Positions 57,249 through 64,000 of a stretch of DNA of 64,000 nucleotides are shown here, one piece after another (the stretch's first letter is position 1; each line of letters opens with the position of its first letter). This DNA comes from an uncultured delta proteobacterium (GTDB lineage: Bacteria; Myxococcota_A; Polyangia; Palsa-1104), in contig CAWAWS010000035.1 in the NCBI GenBank assembly GCA_963785725.1, positions 43,620 to 107,619 of the forward strand. The letters are read 5' to 3'. The position numbers were made by a program, and so were the translations under genes. The notes beneath the pieces are model-generated. The model was given only the letters and a program-made list of their open reading frames with translations. It ran no database searches and had not been told where the DNA came from.

Positions 57249-60200
57249 ATGTTCGTCGATTTTTTCATCCGCCGTCCGGTCTTCGCGACCGTCTGCTCGC
57301 TGTTGCTCGTGCTCGGCGGCGCCGTCGCCATTCCGACGCTGCCGGTGGCGCAATATCCGCAATTGGCGCCGCCGCAGGTCACGGCGTCGGCGTTTTACAC
57401 CGGCGCCAACGCGCAGGTCGTCGAATCGGCGGTGACGACGCCGCTCGAGCAGACGATCAACGGCGTCGAAGGCATGAAGTACATCCAGTCGAGCTCCGGC
57501 TCCGACGGCAGCGCCAACGTCACCGTCACGTTCGACGTCACCCGCAACGTCGACCTCGCCGCCGTCGACGTGCAGAACCGCGTCAACCAAGCGCTCGGCC
57601 GCATGCCCAACGAGGTCAAGGCGACCGGCGTCACCGTCTCCAAAAACTCGACGCAGATGGTCTTCGCGACGGCCGTCTTCTGCGAGCACGGCGAATATTC
57701 GAACCAGTTCATCTCCAACTATCTCGACGTCTTCGTCAAGGACGCCTTGAAGCGCGTCAAAGGCGTCTCCGACGTGCAGATCTTCGGCGAGCGCAAATAC
57801 TCGATGCGCTTGTGGCTCGACCCGGTGCGGCTGGCGGCGCGCAAGCTGACGGCGACCGACGTCGTCGCCGCGCTGCGCGAGCAGAACCTGCAAGTCGCGG
57901 CCGGCCAGGTCGGACAAGAGCCGGCGCCGCCCGGTCAGCCGTACCAAATCAGCGTGCGCGCCATCGGCCGCTTGAGCGACCCGGCGCAGTTCGATCGCAT
58001 CGATCCTCAAGAGCGGCGACGACGGCTCGCTCGTGCTCTTGAAAGACGTCGGCCGCGCGGAGCTCGGCTCGGAGGATTACTCGTCGGTGCTGCGTTTCGA
58101 CGGCCACGAGGCGATCGGCTTCGGCGTGTTCCTGCTGCCCAACGCCAACGCGCTCGACGTCGACAACGAGGCGCGCGCCGCGCTCGACCGGCTGTCGAAG
58201 CAGTTCCCGCCCGGCGTGAAGTACAAGATCGCGTTCGACCCGACGACCTCGGTGCGCGAGTCGATCCAGGAGGTCTTGTACACGCTCGGCGAGGCGATGC
58301 TGCTCGTCATCGCCGTCATCTTCTTGTTCCTGCAGAGCTGGCGCTCGACGATCATTCCCGGCCGTCACGATCCCGGTCTCGCTCGTCGGCACCTTCATCT
58401 TCGTCAAGCTGTTCGGCTTCTCGATCAACACGCTGACCCTGTTCGGCCTGACGCTGGCCACCGGTCTCGTCGTCGACGACGCCATCGTCGTCATCGAGAA
58501 CATCGAGCGTCACATCGCCGAGAAGAAGCAGCGACGCGCGCGAGGCCGCGTCGGGCGCGATGGCCGAGGTCGCCGGCGCCGTCATCGCCACGTCGCTCGT
58601 CCTCGTCGCCGTCTTCGTCCCGGTCGCGCTCTTTCCGGGCACGACCGGCCGGCTCTACAAGCAGTTCTCGCTGACGATCGCGTTCTCGGTCGCGCTCTCG
58701 GCCTTCAACGCGCTGACGCTGACGCCGGCGCTGTCGGCGCTGCTCCTCAAGCATCAAGCGCTGGCGCAAGGCAGCTTCTTCCGCGCCATCAACCGCGCCA
58801 TCGACGCCACGACGCGCGCCTACCAACGCACGCTCTCGGGCGTCCTGCACCACCGCGCGATCACGATGTTCCTCTTCGCCGGCGGGCTGTTGGCGACGGT
58901 GCTGCTCTACGCGCACGTGCCGACCGGCTTCGTGCCCGACGAGGATCAGGGCTACTTCATCGTCATGATTCAGGCGCCGCCCGGCGGCTCCTTGCAGAAC
59001 ACGATCAGCGTCACCAAGCAGATCGAGAAGATCTTGCAGCAGCAGCCGGAAGTCGCCGACATGTTCAACGTCAACGGCTTCTCGTTCGTCGGCAACGGCG
59101 GCAACAAGGCGATCGTGTTCGTGCAGGTGACGCCGATCGCCGAGCGCAAAGGGCCGGAGCATTCGATCGAAGCCGTGCTCGATCGTCTGCGGCCGCAGCT
59201 GATGTCGATGACCGGCGCCATGGTCATCCCGTTCGGTCCGCCGGCGCTGCAGGGCGTCGGCAGCATCGGCGGCTTCTCGCTCGAAGCTGCAGGATCGCGG
59301 CGGCAACACCATCGATGCGCTGGCCAAGGCGACGCAGGACGCCGTCGCCGAGGCGTCGAAGGACAAGGCGCTGGCCGGCATGTTCGCGGGCTTCACCGCC
59401 GACGATCCGCAGCTCCTGGTCTCGATCGATCGCGAGAAGGCCAAGAGCCTGCAGAGTCCCGTTCGACCAAATCGCCGACACCTTGCAGGTCTACATGGGC
59501 TCGGCCTACGTCAACGACTTCGACTTCAACAACCGCGCCTATCGCGTCTACGTGCAGGCGGATCGCGCAGTTTCGCTCGCAGCCGAAGGACATCCAGCCA
59601 GTTCTACGTGCGCGCGACGTCGGGCCAGATGATCCCGCTCGACTCCGTGGCGCACATCAAGACCATCACGGCGCCGCAGACGATCAGCCACTACAACTTG
59701 TTCCGCAGCTCCGAGATCAACGGCGCGTCGGCGCCCGGTTTCTCGACGGGACAGGGCCTTAAGGCGATGCAAGACGCGGCCAAGAAGGTGCTGCCGCAAG
59801 GCATGTCCTACGAATGGACCGGGCTTGTCGCTGGAGCAGCTCGAGTCGGGCTCGCAGACGCTGCTCATCTTCGGCTTGGGCGTCCTGTTCGTGTACCTCG
59901 TGTTGGCGGCGCAGTACGAGAGCTTCGCGCTGCCGCTCATCATCCTGTTCGCCGTGCCGCTGGCGATCTTGGGCGCGCTCTTGGCGACGTGGCTGCGCGG
60001 GCTGTCGAACGACGTGTTCTGCCAGATCGGCCTCGTCATGCTGGTCGGCCTGGCGTCGAAGAACGCGATCCTGATCGTCGAGTTCGCCGAGCAGCTGCGG
60101 CACGGCGGCATGCCCATCGCGCAAGCGGCCGTCGAGGCGGCGCGCATTCGTCTGCGGCCGATTCTGATGACGTCGCTGGCGTTCATCCTCGGCGTCGTGC

Positions 60201-60388
60201 CGCTCGTCATCGCGTCCGGCGCCGGCGCCAACAGCCGCCACTCGCTCGGCACCGCCGTCTTCGGCGGCATGTTCGTCTCGACGCTGCTCAACCTCTACTT
60301 CATCCCGATCTTGTACGTGCTCGTCGAGAGCTGGCGCGAAGGTCGCAGCAGCGGCGCCGAAGTCGCAGCCGGAGACGCGCATGCGTAG
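57249..60388 (+). CDS. HAE1 RND efflux permease, split by roughly 8 apparent frameshifts
   Basis: [57 protein letters not shown] colinear across frames. Confidence 0.9.
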
Positions 60389-61655
60389 CCTGGCGTGCCT
60401 CTTGTTCGTGACCATGGCAGCGACGGCGCACGCGCAGGCGGATCTGCCGAAGCTGACGCTGCGGCAGGCGATCGAGCGGGCGCTGCGTGACAATCCGCGC
60501 GTGCTCGACCAAGTGCAGGAGCTGGAGCGGGCGCGGGCGCAGACCGAGCAGACGCGCTCGGCGTCGCTGCCGACGCTCTTTGGCAACGCGACCTACACGC
60601 GCTTCAGCTACGCGATCTCGTTTCCGACGGGCACGGGCGGCAACGAAACCGTGCAAAAGGCCGACGCGGTGAACGCCAACATCGTGGCGACGGTGCCGCT
60701 GTTGGCGCCCAAAGCGTGGGTGAAGTGGTCGCAAGCGCGCAGCGCCGAGAAGCTGACGGCGCTCAACGTCGGCGACATCAAACGGCAAGTGGCGCTGACG
60801 GTGTCGGGCGCCTATCTGGCGATTCTGGCGCAGCGGCGACAGGCCGAGCTCAACGAGCGCGCGCGCGACACGGCCAAGGCGCACGCCGATTACACGCACC
60901 TGCGGCTCGTGGGCGGGCTGGGCAGCCGGCTCGACGACGTGCGCGCGCAGCAGGAGCTGCAGAGCGACGAGCAGCTCGTGGTCTCGACGCGGCTGGCGCT
61001 CGAGCGCGCGCAGGAGACGCTGGGCGTGCTCGTCGCGGCCGATCGTCCGGTCGACGCCGGTGAAGAGCCCGAGCTGACGACGATCGACGCGGCGCAAGCC
61101 CAACAGGATGCGCCCAAGCTGCGCGTCGATCTGTTGGCGCTCGATGCGCGCAAGGTGTTGGCCAACAAGATCGTGCGCGAAGACTGGGCCGACTACGTGC
61201 CGACGCTGGCGGCGACGTTCGCGCCCATCTTCACGTATCCGGCGACGTCGTTCACGGCGCCGCAGTGGAGCTGGCAATTTCAGCTGCTCTTGAGCGTGCC
61301 GTTTTACGACGGCGGGCTGCGCTACGGCTTGGCGCGCGAACGAAAAGCGGTGGCGCAGGAGGCGGTGATCGATCAAGAGGCGGCGCTCAGGCAGACGCGC
61401 TCCGATCTGCGCATCGGCGACTCGGCCGTGCGCCAGACCGACGAAGCCTTGCGGCGCGCGCGGGCGGCGGCGAAGCTGGCGCACGAAGCGGTGACCATCG
61501 CCGATCTCGCCTATCACGCCGGCGCGACGACGAACATCGAGCTCATCGACGCCGAGCGGCGCGCGCGCGACGCCGACACCGCGGCCAACATCGCCGAGGA
61601 CCAGTCCCGGCAAGCGCGCCTCGACGTGCTGTTCGCCGCCGGCCACCTCCCGTAA
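60381..61655 (+). CDS. TolC-family outer-membrane efflux protein
   Basis: [35 protein letters not shown]. Confidence 0.9.
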   Translation: MRSLACLLFVTMAATAHAQADLPKLTLRQAIERALRDNPRVLDQVQELERARAQTEQTRSASLPTLFGNATYTRFSYAISFPTGTGGNETVQKADAVNANIVATVPLLAPKAWVKWSQARSAEKLTALNVGDIKRQVALTVSGAYLAILAQRRQAELNERARDTAKAHADYTHLRLVGGLGSRLDDVRAQQELQSDEQLVVSTRLALERAQETLGVLVAADRPVDAGEEPELTTIDAAQAQQDAPKLRVDLLALDARKVLANKIVREDWADYVPTLAATFAPIFTYPATSFTAPQWSWQFQLLLSVPFYDGGLRYGLARERKAVAQEAVIDQEAALRQTRSDLRIGDSAVRQTDEALRRARAAAKLAHEAVTIADLAYHAGATTNIELIDAERRARDADTAANIAEDQSRQARLDVLFAAGHLP

Positions 61656-61682
61656 CCGGCCGTTCGCCGCCGCGCGGCGCCG

Positions 61683-62246
61683 CTACCACGTGAAGTCGAG
61701 CAGGACGCTGGAGCCGTCGCGGGTGAGCGTGACCTTGCCGGTCGTGCTCTTGATGAGCTCGTAGAGCATCTGCACGCCGACGGGAATGGCGTCGATCCAA
61801 GCGCGGCTGGCGATGCACACGGCCGGCAGATTGGCGATCCGCAGGCGCGCGTGACCGACGCCCTCGACCTCCTCGATCTCGACGCGGCCGCACTCGGAGA
61901 AGACCTGGCTCCAGCCCTTCGGGAAGTGGCGCACCAGCGTCGCCGGCGACCCACCGCCGAGGAGCCGCAAGATCGTCGACACGAACGTCTTGAAGAGCGC
62001 GCTGCCCATCTCGAGCCGCTGCCGATCGCGCACGAGGCTGTCGAGCGCCGCCGGCGACAGCTTGTTGGCCAGCGCGTCGATGAGCTCGACGTCGGCTTCG
62101 ATCGGCAGCCACTCGACCGGCATCGCCGTCGCGATCCGCTTGGCCGAGCGCAGCGACGTCATCAGCTCGGCGTGCAGGGTTGGCTGTTGCGCGTGCAGGA
62201 GCTCGAGCAGCATCTGCGGATGACGCGCCCGAATGGCCGGTGGCAT
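61683..62246 (-). CDS. Myxobacterial hypothetical protein (DUF2378/H-NOX-V4R-like appearance)
   Basis: EWLPIE, SPATLVRHFPKGWSQVF..G, terminal FTW; TATGAT 6 nt before ATG. Confidence 0.6.
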   Translation of the reverse strand: MPPAIRARHPQMLLELLHAQQPTLHAELMTSLRSAKRIATAMPVEWLPIEADVELIDALANKLSPAALDSLVRDRQRLEMGSALFKTFVSTILRLLGGGSPATLVRHFPKGWSQVFSECGRVEIEEVEGVGHARLRIANLPAVCIASRAWIDAIPVGVQMLYELIKSTTGKVTLTRDGSSVLLDFTW

Positions 62247-62308
62247 AGCGTGATCATAGGTCGGCTCAGGCGCGCAGCGTACGTGAACTTCTTGCACGCC
62301 CTCGGCTA

Positions 62309-64000
62309 GAGCGCCGATCAGGTTATCCAGCGGCAAAAGGATCGACAGCGGGCGCGTGGCGTGATCCTCTCAGAGTCGCGAGAGGTGCCGATGAAACGGT
62401 GGATTCCACGGCAGAAGCATAGTGAGCGCGAAGAGCGGCTGCTCAAGCTTGCGGGGCGAAGCCGGAAGCTATTCGTGTTTCTGCGCGAGCAGCGACATCG
62501 CTTGTTCGATAGTGATTTCCAAGCGGAGCTTGAGTCGATGTATCGCGAGTCGGGGCAAGGCGAAGAGCCACAGCCACCCGCTCTGATGTGTATGGCCGTG
62601 TTGCTCCAGGGCTATCTGCAAGTCTCTGACGCCGAAGCTGTGCGGCTGTCAGCGACAGATCTTTGCTGGCGTGTCGTGCTGGGAACGCTCGACGACGACG
62701 ACGACGACAAGCCGGGATTTTCGCAGGGTGGGCTGCAGCAGTTTCGCGAACGTCTCATTCGTCACGACATGGACTTGCGCTTACTCGAACGCACGGTGGA
62801 GCTCGCCAGGACGACGCGAGGCTTCGACTGGAAGAAGCTGCCCAAGAGCCTCCGCGTGGCGGTGGACAGCCGCCCTTTGGAAGGGGCCGGGCGAGTTGAA
62901 GACACCATCAACTTGCTCGGTCACGCCGGCCGCAAGATTGCCGAGTGCATGGCAAGGCTGCTCGAGGTGGATGTCCAAGAGGTCTGCGCCAAGGCGGGAG
63001 CGCCGCTGCTCTTGGCGAGCAGCATCAAGGCCGGGCTCGACATCGACTGGAGCGACGGGGAGCAAAAGAGCGACGCCCTCAACCGCCTCTGTCAACAGCT
63101 CGAGCGCTTGACCAAGTGGGTCGACAAGCGGCGTCCCGTCGAGGACCAGGACGAGCCCTTGGAGCGATATCGCGGAGCGTTAGCCCAGGTAAAGCAGCAA
63201 GACTTGGAGCCGGCCGCCGGTGGCGGAGTGCAGCGACGCCAAGGCGTAGCGGAAGACCGACGCATTTCAATCGAAGATGCCGAGATGCGCCACGGCCGCA
63301 AAAGCAAGAGCAAGCGCTTCAACGGCTACAAGCAGCACATCAGCACCGACCTCGGTACCGGTTTGGTGCTGGCTTGTGCCGTCACGCCCGCCAATCGGCC
63401 CGAGGACGAGGTTGGCGCCGCGCTCGCGGCCGACCTCTCACGACTCGACCATTCGCCCGATGAGCTGCAGATCGATCGCGCCTATATCCACAGCGAGCTA
63501 ACGATGAATGTCCTGGCGCGTGACGGCGCCGTCATTTGCAAGCCATGGAGCGGCAACAATGGCAGGACGGGCTTGTTCGGCAAGCGCGACTTCCAGATCG
63601 ACGTCCGCGCCAACACCATCACTTGTCCCGCTGGCCAGACCGAAACCTTCGTGCCGGGCGAGACTGTGCAGTTTGATCCCGAGGTCTGCGGCGCCTGCCA
63701 TGTACGCGCACAATGCACTCGCGCCGCCGCCGGGACAGGCCGGTCGGTGCAAATGAACGCCGACGAGGCCCTGCAGAAACGATTGCGTCGCTTCCAGAGC
63801 ACCCGTTCAGGCCGCGAGCGTCTTCGCCAGCGCGTTGGCGTCGAGCATTCCCTGGCCCACATCAGCAACCGGCAAGGCCCGCGCGCTCGCTATCGGGGCC
63901 TGCGCAAGAACGCTTTCGACCTACGCCGCCTCGCCGCCATCCAGAACCTCGAAACCGTCGCTCGTACCGCCGCGTGAGCGTGCGCTAACATGTTCGGCGC
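62309..64000 (+). mobile_element. Insertion sequence, IS1182-like; right end cut by window edge
   Basis: Left IR GCGCCGATCAGGTTA (62311-62325) versus right TAACATGTTCGGCGC (63986-64000), 13/15; CTAG at left junction; encloses a transposase. Confidence 0.85.
62391..63977 (+). CDS. DDE transposase (IS1182/IS5-like)
   Basis: LQGYLQVSDAEAV, VDS, DAEMRHGRK..FNGYKQH, DRAY, TCPAG, CGACHVRAQC, RVGVEH. Confidence 0.9.
   Translation: MKRWIPRQKHSEREERLLKLAGRSRKLFVFLREQRHRLFDSDFQAELESMYRESGQGEEPQPPALMCMAVLLQGYLQVSDAEAVRLSATDLCWRVVLGTLDDDDDDKPGFSQGGLQQFRERLIRHDMDLRLLERTVELARTTRGFDWKKLPKSLRVAVDSRPLEGAGRVEDTINLLGHAGRKIAECMARLLEVDVQEVCAKAGAPLLLASSIKAGLDIDWSDGEQKSDALNRLCQQLERLTKWVDKRRPVEDQDEPLERYRGALAQVKQQDLEPAAGGGVQRRQGVAEDRRISIEDAEMRHGRKSKSKRFNGYKQHISTDLGTGLVLACAVTPANRPEDEVGAALAADLSRLDHSPDELQIDRAYIHSELTMNVLARDGAVICKPWSGNNGRTGLFGKRDFQIDVRANTITCPAGQTETFVPGETVQFDPEVCGACHVRAQCTRAAAGTGRSVQMNADEALQKRLRRFQSTRSGRERLRQRVGVEHSLAHISNRQGPRARYRGLRKNAFDLRRLAAIQNLETVARTAA

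Overview
GC-rich bacterial chromosome segment. Gene content points to Myxococcota: two Hanks-type kinases with PEGA-like tails, a TIGR04552-like protein, an ExbB plus two ExbD, an AgmX/PglI-type C-terminal domain and Cys-rich lipoproteins. It holds about 50 CDS, mostly housekeeping or envelope: hemB/cobA-hemD, cyclophilin, UbiB/ABC1 kinase, thiolase, M16 and M61 peptidases, PBP1A, membrane PPase, acs, an RND efflux triad, and an IS1182-like element at the right edge. I saw no rRNA, tRNA or CRISPR. Several genes carry apparent +1 frameshifts, probably assembly errors. The most interesting signals are: (1) an uncharacterised myxobacterial protein with counterparts of the five RelA/SpoT synthetase motifs, preceded by an unannotated 28-aa membrane peptide; (2) an ECF sigma/anti-sigma pair whose anti-sigma has a TonB-C-like tail and an internal RBS+ATG+signal-peptide-like segment; (3) at least 12 genes with a -10 box 6-8 nt before the start codon, i.e. 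a leaderless architecture, including back-to-back pairs sharing one overlapping -10; (4) two families of structured non-coding repeats, one with compensatory base changes; (5) a dif-like 28-mer. All family assignments come from motif recognition by eye; no database search was run.
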